This document shows, piece by piece, positions 12,790 through 28,598 of a stretch of DNA of 64,000 nucleotides (position 1 is the stretch's first letter; every line of letters begins with the position of its first letter). Under the pieces are notes generated by a model, which made no database searches, was not told the DNA's origin, and worked only from the letters and a program-made list of their open reading frames with translations. Source of the stretch: Bigelowiella natans CCMP2755 (Eukaryota; Protista; Cercozoa). The position numbers and the translations under genes are program-made. The stretch lies in the NCBI GenBank assembly GCA_000320545.1, contig ADNK01002159.1, positions 1-64,000 on the forward strand. The letters run 5' to 3'.

Positions 12790-14070
12790 AGCATGTGTGA
12801 GATGGATGTAATCTAATCAATTAAATTTGTGCTAACATGAGACGGATGTAATGAAATGTTTAAATTTTTTCAATAGTCATCCTAATGTAGCCATGCAATG
12901 CAGCGGCTACAGCGCTCAAGTTGTATCTGTTGGTTTCCTTGGTCACATGATGCATGCATGAACAATTGTGCACGATGATTAGGTCTAGCATGGCGCGCTT
13001 TTCGCGCAGCAGATCGACTTGTTTTTTCTGCGGGTGTGAGACGCGCAGTTTCGTCATTGCGATCCATGATCGCCGTCAGTTGTTTGTTGAATCTGAGTCT
13101 CTGTGGGCCGCACTTGCTGCATTGCAGAATGTGGTCCATGTCTTGCAATGTGTTGCACGCAGCGCACGTTGCCTCTGATTTTGTGCGTTGCCCTCTGGAC
13201 AGCATGAATGATCTGATGTTGCCAGCGCCACAAATGGCGCGCATCCATGATGTGGCAATGCTTGGCAGCTTCAATGTGATCCCTGTTGTCCGCGAACCAG
13301 GCATGAAGTCCAATTTCTTCAAATGCATGGCCTTGGTTCCCTCTTTTTTCCAGTTTTTTTCGAAATTAAATGCGGCGTTCCGCATGATCTTTTTGTTGTG
13401 TGCACTCAATTTCTTTTTCAGTGTTTCGTTGGCAGCACGAGTTGTGGGGCATTCCGCCCGAAGCAGTTTGGTCGTGATCAAACTGAGTCGGCGGTGCAAG
13501 GATGCTCTGTTCCACGATCTAGTCGTGTTGTGCCATTTGTGTTCCATCAAGGATTCAATGTGATGACCGAAGGAGCTCCAATTGAGTGCTTCTTCTTCCA
13601 CCACGTGTCCGCTGCCAGCAACGTCCTCCACCCATGCATTGGTTCGCAACCATGTCTTGGCACACTGAACCTGTGTGCGATGACGTGGTGGCAAGGTTGC
13701 CGCTAGTACATGGGGGGTGTCATTGGATGTGGACCCTGGTAATCCCAGCACTCTTTTCAGTGTCTGTGATTCCATGGAATCCAGCTGTTTCATTTTCATG
13801 TTTGTGATTGGACCTCCACACAGGTGCGACGTGTCTGCTTGTGGCTGTGAACCACGTGCGGTGAAACTTTGATCTCACATTGAATGGCATGTGAGATCGA
13901 GTGGAACACAGCCTGAGTAGAAATCTTCTCTTTTTCTGCAGCCTCATGTGCACAGCAAGGGCGTATTTTTCGAAAGTTGATCTTTCGTCAAACCACAGCC
14001 CCAAACATTTGCCACATTCTTTTCTTTTTGATTTTCCTTGCAGGTTGAGTGTCATGTTCCACAACGCTTG
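12790..14070 (-). mobile_element. 5'-truncated non-LTR retrotransposon (LINE) ORF2 remnant: RT thumb, C-terminal CCHC knuckle and 3' end; TA-hypermutated
   Basis: KCLGLWFDERSTFEK resembles KYLG..D..LTF..H; RHVAPVW resembles Y.APVW; LKRVLGLPGSTS; C-x2-C..DHILQCSKC..R. There is one frameshift near 13800 and a short direct repeat GAGAYGGATGTAAT at 12798/12839. Confidence 0.85.
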
Positions 14071-14142
14071 TGCTAATGTACTAAGGCCTCACATAGCTGT
14101 GCACTAGTGCGATGCAGCGACCACAGCGCGTGTGATCGCCCA

Positions 14143-14182
14143 AATAAACAAACACAATCTTGGTAGCGCTGTAGCCGCCGCT
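14143..14182 (+). mobile_element. Short inverted copy of the LINE 3' coding end
   Basis: aataaacaaacacaatcttggtagcgctgtagccgccg aligns with the reverse complement of 12901-12935 (aaccaacagatacaacttgagcgctgtagccgctg). Confidence 0.6.
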
Positions 14183-14780
14183 TACTTTCTAGCTTTGCAC
14201 AGTATTATTGCTATCGTGTGCTTTGCATTGCGCTACAATGTGGACACTGGCCCTTGGACAATACTTGTCTTTCATTCCCTGCTAGCCTGTGCTATGCATT
14301 GTAGATGTTTAACATGTACAAACTGCAGCCTCTAAACTGCTTGTCAAAGCGAGTCATGCATACTATCATGCTAGCATGTGCCATGTGCGTGGCCTGCATC
14401 ATGCGATCATCGTGCGGTAAATTTCAGGTAAGGCAGAGAGAATTGGACATATTTATGCATGTATCATACGATTGCATATATCAGCATTTTATTACAATTA
14501 AGATTTTTACTTTTTACATTTTTTATTTATCAAAGCCGAAGTCGGTGCTCACTATCTATCACCAGACTAAAGTTTGTTTACCCTTTACGAATGAGACGTA
14601 TATCAACCTTGTTGTATGCCTAGCAGCACTAGCGTAGTGGTCAAGGTAACAGCATATGTTCTATTTTGTCTCCAGATGCACAGCCGTCTCATTTTCTTCT
14701 TCTCTTCTAATTACAATAAATGATAATGTGAACAATAGTAACAATTAACGACAACGAATCATCGCCGACGAATGACTTTG

Positions 14781-17914
<3,134 letters not shown>

Positions 17915-18730
17915 CTAACGGGGAGAGGGCGGTCTCTTTGTGCCGGTGTATTCTGCAGGGCCGTCACAGAAAGCTGGCAGCCATTCACACTGGGCCCGAG
18001 GTTGTGTTCTTCGGAATTCACTCTGTTGTTGTTTGTGTTTAGAGTTAGATTCGACAAAATAATATAGATATTATCGGTATGATTATTGCCACTAAACGAA
18101 CGAGCTCAACTGCCCACCCCAGACAAGGCCATTCGAGGCAGCACAATTCATCAGACAAAAATTCAAGCCAGAAACATTGAAGTATCACGCGATGTTTCAC
18201 TGGTTTCACCCGACTTTTCCGTGATAGATCCTCTTTGAAGCGCGACAATCATTTTGGGATGTTTCGGGATCGGAACGCCATGTCAAAGTCATCTAAATAC
18301 TTCCTACCTGGGGCTTTCGCTGCTTTTCCCGTTCCACTGCCATTCAAAGGGGGAAATGCAGATGAGTCAGATGGGAATCCATGTCACAAGAAAGAGATTC
18401 GTCTTCTTTGGAAGCGAGCTTCCAAAGAAGGGCCCACATTAGTCGGAAGAATTGGGAGCAATTGTAAGATAACGACAAAGAGATTATCATGTCGCAATAA
18501 GGAATCAGATAGCTTTCTTCTCCCAAAGTTCGAAGCTCGAGATTCACGAGGTAGCCTTGGGAGGAGGGGCAGCTTGCTAGACCTGAACATGGAAGAAGCA
18601 TGGCGAACATGGCGAGGAGGGTTTTATTGGGATAATTTACTCTTCCGTTTGTTCTGATCGTTTGAAAGGTGCAAGAAAGGCAGGGGTTGCAAGAAGGAAG
18701 GAAACGGATTCTGCGTAGCTCTTCAGAATC

Positions 18731-19092
18731 ATGGCTAACGCAGACACGTCCAACATTGAGGACGCGGTAATTCCACCTAAAATGAATACGCACAACATGT
18801 TATTCATATGGGCTGGAATCATGCAAGATGGTCCCGTGAGCTCTCCCTGATGCCGAATAAATCATTGATCCGCAGTGTATTTTGAAGATAGTCAGTGTCG
18901 TATACTTACCACTTCTTTATACTTCGCCCTCGCATGTAATAATGTAAGGTTGTTCGAGCCACACATGAGATCTTGACCAAACCGGATTGGTCCGCGAACA
19001 TGTAAGTTTCAGAAATAAACAATGTCCTGCTATTCCCCCAGTATTCCCCCAACTCCGCCCTACTGTTCTTTTGGCGGCTCTTTCGTTATTTT

Positions 19093-19127
<35 letters not shown>

Positions 19128-19902
19128 CGTGTGTGTGTCTGTGTGTCTGTGTGCGTATGTACCTGGTGCAGAGGCATTTGTGACTGGCTTAAGCGGCGCC
19201 CATCGCACATACCACAGGTATCATCCTATGTATGAGACATTTGGCAAATATGTGTGACATCAAGTGTTTCGGCCGTGAGAGCATGTGATAATTTGAATAT
19301 CAGGCCCTGCGGGTCATTTTGAGTCGTCTGAAGCATAAACAGCTCTCGGTGCAGGTGAGCATGATTAGACCGGGCAAAATAGTCAAGACATAAACAGTCT
19401 TAGCGGCGTTTGCTGTGATCTTTGATCAATTTTCTCACGCTTTGTTGTCTTTGTGACTGTTTCCTCCTTCCTTCTCTTCCACATGCCATCTTCGATAGAA
19501 TCATACCATCGAGCTTCTTGCAACGCTGATGAAAAACTGCTCAGACGTCCGCGTGCATGTAAGTCGTACTTGCGCGAAAAATGAAGCACTGCTGCAAAGA
19601 CAATCGCTACTTCCATCATAACTCTATCCTTCCTCCTGCTTTTCACGGTCGTCGTCCTATTTTGACAACAAATCTTAAGCAAAATGAATATATGATATTC
19701 ACAGATAGCGCAACCCGATTTTCTTAAGGCGTTTGTCAGTAAAGTCCCGAAAAAGGTCACATAGACGACGACGACGACGAAGATGATGATGATGATGACG
19801 ATGCTGAGGCTGTACAGAGGGGCATGTGGTGTGCGCCACAACAGAGAGTCAATGAAATTTGTCTACGTGTTCGATGAGAGACACGAAACATAAACGAACC
19901 TT

Positions 19903-19971
<69 letters not shown>

Positions 19972-20760
19972 GGAGGAACACACTTTTGATACTACTGCGC
20001 ATAAATGCTTGAAACAGATTCGAGAACCTAACGCTCGTTTCGTCCTCAAAACAAAATGGAGCATGCAGGAGAAGTCTCAATATGACCGCATCTTGGTGAG
20101 GAAAGCAGAGGGGGGTAGGAAGGGGAAAAGATATTGAATAATGATAACAATGATAATAGTAATAATAATGATAATGATGATGAAGGAGTGGGGAGAGTTA
20201 CTGTTTCTTCTTTTGAATTTTGGATTGATGTTGTCATCGATGATTTTTATGAGCTCCATTGCCATCATCATAGAACTCAAAGAGGTTCTCCACCCGAACC
20301 ACCACCCACCAAATGCATCATCCGCCTCGGAAGAAGCAGGAGCTGTTCTTGACTTTTGATCCTGCTGCTCCCTGTTGATGATAATGATGACAATGAAGGT
20401 GCTGGTAAAGACGTGGGCTCGGGAGCTCGGGAGCCACTCCAGAGGCAGGCCATTCCGCGAAATGTATGCAGCACGCAACCCATAAAACACTGAATATAAT
20501 GATGAGAACGAATGGTCGCGGATCGAGTGGCAGTGATAGCATTTTAGATTTGATAATCGCACGCACAGGCTCACGCATACGCACACGTATGACCATCATC
20601 AAGCAATCAGCAAATCAACTTGACTCGTTCCTCGCCATCCTCTTTCCTCCTCCTCCTCCTCCTCCCCATGCAGATATGATCAGCTTAAAGCAACGGGATG
20701 CAAGTTTCCTTCGCTCATGGTGAGAAGACCGACGATAAGGATAAAATACAAATAGATATA

Positions 20761-20802
<42 letters not shown>

Positions 20803-21009
20803 ATAAATATATATTATAGATGTGGGTTGCTGGTGGAGGTGATTGTTGCCATGATAAATCAATTACTGTTCCATTTGCTGACCGACATTCTCTGCTGCTG
20901 CTGTCAGGAGAAAGGAATGGAGGGAGCGGGTGCACGAGTGAGCAGTGGTATGGAAGTTTCTCCACACACAAGAACAGAAACCTTTTCAGGCTGCATTTTT
21001 ATCACGAAT

Positions 21010-21048
<39 letters not shown>

Positions 21049-21261
21049 TATATGTAAATATACAAACACACTCAGATACAACACGAAAATATAACAATTC
21101 ATTACACGATATGATTTATGATATTGTATGCTTGCCGTACATAATTAAATGAAAACCTGCTACAGACAGAGATCAGTAGGTCACGTATATCAAAATTATG
21201 AAAGACCAAGATCGATCGTTACTAGCAGCATGATGATATCCGTTGTTGATATTCGTTGTGT

Positions 21262-21299
<38 letters not shown>

Positions 21300-21453
21300 A
21301 TGGTACATCTCACCAGAGAGGAAAGCTCGCAGCAGCAGCGGTCGCCCAAGGGGAATCGCGCCATCTCCCCCATCATCATCATCAACAACAACCAAAGGTA
21401 ATAACATCCCTAACCCTCCCCCCTTCCAGCGATTTCCAAAAGCATTACGTATG

Positions 21454-21485
<32 letters not shown>

Positions 21486-23278
21486 CAGTAGTAGTAGCGG
21501 CAACATTGATATGCAAGTGCATATAGTCGCTGTTTACTGATGAAAATGACGTTCAAACGCAGGATCAGGAGGAGTAGCGGCGGTGCAGCCCAGTAGCTTC
21601 TCTGATAGGGAATGCCGAACTGCGTAATAATTCAATTCGATTCAACATTATTCGGCCAGCATAACTCACCCCCCCCGCCACCACTCGCACCTCTCGTACA
21701 ATCATCAGTACATTCCACGTTATTATTCCTGGCAAATGATGTTTTATGAATGTCGCTGAGCACGGCGCCGATAGACGTCGCTAGAGAAACAGACACACAA
21801 ACCACCCTCCACGACGAGAGTTGAACTATGGTTCTCGATTCCTTTTTCTAGACGACCGTAGCAAAATCGGGAGTTCCCTTGAAAAGGGGGGGTGGGGGGG
21901 GGGGATGCAGGGAGGAAGTGCAAACCTGATCTCGTCGATTATCATTGTTGATTATTAAGGATGGAGACCTACGTGCTGCTAGAGGAAATGCTGAGTGCTT
22001 CCGAGCCGACAGAAAATCTTAGGCGACACGGTAACGACGACGACGACGACGACGACGATGATGATGATGATGATGATAGTGATGATGATGGCGATGATAA
22101 TTGACCTTCTCCTTCCTCAATCTCCCCCCCCCCCTCTAGAGCTGATACAGAACCTTGTAGCGACGGTGGTCGCGAACCAAAAGGCGATTTCCCGTCGAGT
22201 GACAACCACCGGCAACCCGTCTGTCCTCGATGAGCTACTGCGAGCCAACGACAGCTTGATCTGGGTCATCAAATACTACCACGGTCTCGTCAATGGCACG
22301 ATGCAGCGCATTAAGAAGACCAAGAAGAAACCGGCAAACAGCAGTAGTAACAGCAACAAGGGCGTTCCCCACCAGCCGTCGATGGACGACGGTGACAGTA
22401 AGAGGAGGGGCAGGAAGGATAGCGAGAAGAAGAACAGGAAGAGCCGATTTAGCAGCAGCAAGAAGAAAAAGGACACCAACGTGCCATCAGCGGGTAAAGT
22501 CAGCAAGCTGAAGAAGAAGTGGCTCTCACTGCGAAAGGAATGGCGGGAGGATAAGAGCGACAAGGCGCTGCGGAAGGAGATGAGGGCAGCGAAGAAGGCG
22601 TACGAGGCGGCCAAGGAGGCATATGAAGAAGCTGAGGACGAAGATGAGGAGGAGGAAGAAGAGGAGGATGAGGAGCCTCGGCCCGCAGCTGGGAAGAAAA
22701 ACCAGCCAAAAACATCTAGTAGAGATAGTAAATTTCGCGCGCCTGAAGCGACGCTATTCAACCTAGCCCCCCCTCCGGGAGATGGCGTTGCTGGAGCTCC
22801 TTCTTCGGCAGCAGCGTCGTCATCCTTTCAGCAGCCCCCCCCCCATCAAGCACCACAACCAGTTGTGTCTGTGCTGGACTTTGACACGACTGCTACCACG
22901 TCCACTGCGATCACCACGCCAGCTGCATCTGGGTCGTCAGCTCCAGCCGCAGGAGGAGGGGGGAGAGGAGGAGGAGGAGGAGGAGGAGAAGATCTGTCTG
23001 ATCCATTCGCCGCCTTGGCCTTGCGCCACTCTGTCACAGCAGCACCGACGACCGCCGGGCCTAATCAAGGAATTGTCGGCAATCAGCAGCAGCAGCAGCA
23101 GGCAGCTGCTGGCGGTGGCGTGAACCTGATGGATCTATTCGGTAATGACGCCACACCAGCTCCATCCCAGCAGCAGCAGCAACAACAACCAGCTCAATTT
23201 AACAATCAGCAACCAGGAGGAGGGAATAGTAATAATGGCGGTGACCAAGGGATTGACCTGATGGGAATCTTTGGATGA
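18731..23278 (+). CDS. TOM1-like VHS-GAT endosomal adaptor
   Basis: VHS: MANADTSNIEDA|VVRATHEILTKPDWSANI|GICDW..|ALRVILSRLK..VQ|..LLATLMKNC..|VLVKTWA..YDQLKATGCKFP. GAT: LLEEMLSASEP..|..VLDELLRANDSL. The tail has DPF, VLDFD and DLF/DLM motifs. Confidence 0.88.
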
Positions 23279-23449
23279 TGATGATGATGATGATAATGTG
23301 GTGGCGTGTACGACAATTCATCGGCCTTCGAATCTTAGCAGTAGGTATTGAATAGTGGCGGAGTGCGTTGTGATGGCGATGGTGTAGTAGCTGAGTATAT
23401 GAGGAATCAAATCGAAAGACAGGGAGATGCGAATGAAGGCACATACGTG

Positions 23450-23980
23450 TCTAGATGTGTGCGTCGCTAGATCGAACCGCCTACCCTAGCTAGCTAGCTA
23501 GCGAGTACCATGCTAGTATTGCTAGCATGACTAGATGTATCGTAGCGAAAATAATAATCATTCGTATTATTATTACTAGCTGGATAGCCAGGCATGCTAG
23601 CATGCTAGCACGTGTAGACGCTTTGCCAGCGCAACTTGCTAGCGCTAGGCGCGCACGCATGCGCCTTTTTATTTTCGCATATTCTCTAGAAATCAAGAAA
23701 TGTCTGCTAGCAAGCTAGATCTAGAGATCTAGCTAGTAGCTAGCCAGAGATGTGTGTTTGCATTCGCTAGCATTTATTGCCGCTCTCATCTAGCGTATAG
23801 CTAGCTAATCGTGCCACACGCTCCACGGCTATACTAGCTATAGCTAGCTAGCACGCTAGCACGTCTAGACGTGTGTATGTGACATGCTAGCTAGCATGCA
23901 CATGCGATGTGCGCTGACACTGCGTGCCGGCTAGCTATGCAAGCTAACAAAGGGCCAAACAATTCACACATAGCTAGCTG
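23450..23980. repeat. CTAG-dense intergenic island
   Basis: About 33 CTAG in ~530 bp by hand count, lying between convergent 3' ends. Confidence 0.85.
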
Positions 23981-24270
23981 AATGAAATGTAGAAATACAG
24001 ACGCAGCCAAGCGAATATTTCCATCTGGTGTTCTAATTGATTAGGTCGAACTCAAGACACATGATTTAGCTATCGAAAAATGCTTTCCAAGCAGTTTTCA
24101 CGATGATGACCACAACGTGAATCTCAATCCAGCTCGTCATCCATTGAGGTATGAGGTAGTTTGATAAACGGGTAGGAGGGGTGCGACAGTGAGATAGGAG
24201 AGGGTATGTCGCACGCATACGGAAGAGATGAAGGGAATGATGAAAGTCGTCTTACGTGCACGTTAGCAGC

Positions 24271-26255
24271 TTAGAACATGCCTCCCATGCCGCCCATTCC
24301 TCCTCCAGGCATTGCAGGTGCAGCAGCAGGTTTGTCCTCTGGAATCTCGACGATGATGGCCTCAGCCGTCATCATCAGCGACGAGACACTAGATGCGTCA
24401 AGAAGCGCGGTTCTAACCACCTTCGTAGGGTCGATGACGCCGGCCTCGATCATATCGACGTACTCGCCGCACGCCGAGTTCATGCCCTTAGTGGACATTT
24501 TCCCGTCAGCCTCCTCGAGCAGCTTGCCCACAATCACTTCAGCATTCATGCCAGCGTTGTGGATTATCTGCTTCGCAGGGATCTGGATGGCTCGCTCCAC
24601 GATCTCAACACCGGTCTTGGCCTCAAACGTCGACTCAGCCTTGAGCCCCTCCAGCATCTTGGACGCATAAAGAAGAGCGCTGCCGCCCCCGGGAAGCACG
24701 CCCTCCTCCACAGCCGCGCGGGTTGCGTTGAGTGCGTCATCCACGCGGTCTTTCTTCTCACCGACCTCAACCTCGTTTGCACCCCCGACCTTTATCACTG
24801 CGACACCGCCGGAGAGCTTCGCAAGACGCTCGCCCAGCTTTTCCTTCTCGTAGCTGCTTTCGGTGCTGTCCATTGTCTCCTTGATCAGACCGCAGCGGGC
24901 CTCAACGTCAGCCTTAGAACCCGACCCGTCAAGGATGATGGTGTCGTCCTTCGTGGAGGTAAACTGCATGCAAGAACCGAGCATCTCGAGGGTTGTTTCC
25001 TCCAGCTTCATGCCGGTGTCAGAGGACACGAGAGTGGCGCCGGTGAGAATAGCAATGTCCTGCATGTTGGCCTTGCGGTTATCACCAAATCCAGGGGCCT
25101 TCACTGCGGTGACCTTAAGGTTTCCGCGCAGCTTGTTGAGGACGAGGGTTGCAAGGGCCTCTCCATCGACATCCTCAGCAATGATCACGAGGTTGCGGGT
25201 GGCGCGACTGCATGCGTCAAGAATGTTCAGCATGGGCTGCATCGAAGAGATCTTGCCCTCGTAAACGAGGATGGCAGGCTTTTCCATCTCAACCTTCTGA
25301 GACTTAGGGTTGGTGATGAAGTAAGGGGAAAGGTACCCACGGTCGAACCTCATTCCCTTAACGGTCTCAAGCTCGTCCATCAACGTCTTTCCGTCCTGCA
25401 CGGTGATGACACCGGAGTTTCCGACTTCCTCCATGGCATCAGCGATGAGATTTCCGATGGCGACGTCGTTGTTGGCCGAAATGGTGGCCACCTGGGCGAT
25501 CTCCTCCTTGGTGGTGATCAGCTTTGTTGACGATTTCAGCGATTGGACAACCTGCTCGACTGCACTGACCATTCCCTTGCGGAGCTCCATTGGATTCATG
25601 CCGGCTGCCACGGACTTAACTCCCTCGGAATAGAGAGCACGAGCAAGCACGGTGGCGGTGGTGGTTCCATCACCAGCCTTGTCGTTGGTCTTGCTTGCAA
25701 CCTCGCGAACGAGCTGTGCGCCCATGTTTTCGTACTTATCAGAAAACTCAATCGACTTGGCAACGGTAACGCCATCTTTGGTGATTTTTGGTTTGCCAAA
25801 AGCCTGCTCGATCAGCACGTTGCGTCCTTTTGGACCCAGAGTGGTCTGCACAGCATCAGCGAGCTTGTTCACTCCGCTCAGCATCTCCGCACGTCCTTCA
25901 TCCTATTTTGTGGTGTTCAAATAATCAGACGCGCCGTTTCGTATGGCTAGATGAGTCAGATCAGGACGCTAGCGAGGAAAGCTCTCATCATTACTAACAG
26001 GAGCTTGCCAAAATACACTAGTTCTACCAAAATGCAAAATAAATAATATGGGAACGCAGAAAGACATATGATTTGAGTATCACGACTGATAAGATGTCGA
26101 ATCCTAGAATAGAGATCGCCATGAAGTCTTTCATGCATGAGAATTACCCCAAACTTGATGTCCTTCCCAGAGGACATCATTCGAACGTTTTTGCCGGCCT
26201 GGGACCTTGCCTTGAGCCCGAGCGCGCGGGTGACTCTCTGCACAGTTCTGTTCAT
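24271..26255 (-). CDS. HSP60: Mitochondrial chaperonin 60; exons 26255-26148 and 25902-24271
   Basis: GroEL motifs [20 protein letters not shown] and [12 protein letters not shown], plus a GGM tail. An Arg-rich presequence is spliced as KDIKFG|DEGRAEML. Confidence 0.98.
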
Positions 26256-26988
26256 CCTGCTAGCTTCCTAATTTAGGGAAAGAGCAATATGGTGTTAGCA
26301 CAGAGTGCGGGGCTTTGTTTTCCACAAATTCGCTCGCGTGTTCGTGCCACACAGTGTCAATGGTAGCTGTCCCAAGAGAGCAAGAGAGCATGAATATCAA
26401 ATGAAATTCTCCATAGCAATAGCAAAGAGCGAGATAGAACGCGAATTGCGAAGAGCATGCGTGTGTGGTGGGTAGGATGACAGCCGATATCGGGCGGTTG
26501 GGTGTTGAGGGTGGCACCTGCTTTCGGTATGTGGTGGAAGGTGCGCACGGTATTGCCGAACGGATATGTAGTTTCATTCCGACGACACGCTTTTGATGGA
26601 GAAACACTTCGTCAGTCGTCGGGCATTTTTCATATTTTTTATAAATCCCGATATTACCGGATGTATTACCTCCAGCCCCTGTTCCTCCCGAATTCTCCAG
26701 AACCTGCAGAAAGGAGCTCGGCGTGAGAAAGCCGTTTAATGGTGAGGGAAAATTACCCCTTTTTCAGTGTATGACAAGGAATTCTTGAAGTCGTTGAGAT
26801 CAATCTTACTTGGTTTTCTGTTGAAGAAGATATTTTCCGGGTTACTTCGGGGATTTTATTAATATTCTGTCGGAAATTCGGAACCCATGCTGCTGCTGCT
26901 TCGGAACCCAGTGCAACACGTGGCTCTCCTATACCCTACCTGCCTTCGCCGCTCCGTTTGACCTTCTCAAGCCCTTTTGACAAGAGCC

Positions 26989-27892
26989 ATGCCGATAGTT
27001 CACATCGTTTTGTTTAAGGTAGCTCTGACTGGTACCTATCATGTGTGTTGCCTCCTTTCAGTATCATTCTCATGCATTTACGATGGTATTATCGCAGTTG
27101 GAATCACCCGAGGACAGCAAGGTCGTGAGGACAAACCTTTACCCAACATTTGAACGAGATGGAGTCATAATCACATGGCAATGTCACACAAAACCAGGTG
27201 CTCGCAATGCTAAAGGAGGGATCGCAGCTCTTATCTAAAATCCCGGGTAACTAATCGGTCACATCGACGCCAACATTACATCTTCGTCGTATGGAGTTTG
27301 ATTCGGTCTTTGATAAAGGTGTCATAAGCGCAAGTGGTGGGCCGAACTACACGAAGAGAGGAAAGTAAAAATATTTTTCCGGCTCATGTCTGCATCCTTG
27401 TTCAATCACACTAGCGTGGGAAGTGTCATTCTTTTGTCGGTTAGATTTATCATAGACTTTTTAACTTGTAAGCATGTCTTTAAGTACCGTGGACTTTCAG
27501 TTCTCTTTCTTTGCAAAACAACGCTTCCTCTAATTTTTATATACATCAGAGGTTACAACTATGGAATAAGCATGGTTTTTGAATCCAAAGAAGCTGAGGC
27601 TGCGTACCAGGTAACATAACCAGGATATATGGCGAACAGCGAATAACATCAACATCGCATTAAGAATTTGATTCGCATTCATTTTTGCAGTAACTATATC
27701 TTCGCAAGTGTAATCTCTTAGTATTCATTCTGTGTCAAAATTATGCAGGTTCATCCAGACCATGTTAAATTTGTGAAAGAGCGTGTCAGGCCTGCGCTGT
27801 CAAAGGCATCCGACCCTGTGCTGGCTGTTGATTTTGAAGACATGTCTATATCAACAACGTCAACAACGTCCAGCCCACAGTCCAAGGTTTAG
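26989..27892 (+). CDS. Stress-responsive A/B barrel (Dabb) protein, 6 small exons
   Basis: MPIVHIVLFK|LESPEDSK|EGSQLLSKIP|GVISASGGPNYTKRGK|GYNYGISMVFESKEAEAAYQ|VHPDHVKFVK..VLAVDFE..SKV*. All junctions are GT-AG and in phase. Confidence 0.88.
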
Positions 27893-28263
27893 CGTAAGTA
27901 AAAATGTTCCGTTGAAAAATCTAAGACAAGGCAACAATACTGTGACTCTCAATTTCTGCAACGAGTCTTACTTGCTGCTGTGCGCTGCTAGCACAACGCG
28001 GATTATAGACAAGATCAAGGCCGTGCAGCACCCTGGCTATCATGCGCAAGACCATGGCAACCACGGCCGATGTTGCACGCCTGTGTGTCAATCATGTTAG
28101 TTGCGTGTATTTGGTAACTCAAAGACGTGCGTTACAATTAGCTGCACTAAGCCTTACATGAATACCGTACGTGCATAGTGCGCACTATCGTTGTCGCATT
28201 CTTGTGTTGTTGTGCGTGATCTCATCGCAGCGCAAGCCCGTCGTTCAGGCTGCATCACATGCA

Positions 28264-28310
<47 letters not shown>

Positions 28311-28339
28311 AAGTATAAAATTTGATATACATCTAGTAC

Positions 28340-28375
<36 letters not shown>

Positions 28376-28380
28376 ATAGC

Positions 28381-28469
28381 TAGATACAGTATAGGCGCTG
28401 TAGCCGCTGCTTTGCATAGCTACATTAGGATGATCATTGAATTTTTGAATCATATTATTACATCCGTCC
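28381..28469 (+). mobile_element. Second fragment of the same LINE 3' end
   Basis: Its reverse complement aligns with 12840-12930 (gacggatgtaat...tcatcctaatgtagcYatgcaaWgcagcggctacagcgc). Confidence 0.8.
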
Positions 28470-28598
28470 AACATATATGCATGAGCTATTGCTACAAATC
28501 TGCGGTTACGGAAAGAAATGATCTAACTATCACTCGAGGCTAGGCTGCAAAACACAGCTAGCTCGATCACACCTAACTAGTAAATTCAAATGTACTTG

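Noticed and set aside
12954-13807. Several overlapping plus-strand ORFs (175, 127, 74 aa)
   Set aside because: An expected by-product of TA loss removing TAA/TAG stops on both strands.
12880-14070. 5mC deamination or classical RIP as the cause of TG/CA excess
   Set aside because: CpG is retained, TA is the depleted dinucleotide, and the conserved-residue changes start from TA-containing codons.
9219-14070. zf-4CXXC_R1 gene and mutated LINE as one linked defence locus
   Set aside because: Similar islands follow most genes in the window, so the adjacency carries no information.
24256-25530. 424-aa antisense ORF over HSP60
   Set aside because: A typical shadow ORF of a GC3-biased conserved gene; no recognisable motifs.
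26685-26795. Heat-shock elements between HSP60 and Dabb
   Set aside because: Only partial nGAAn arrays; no clean three-unit HSE.
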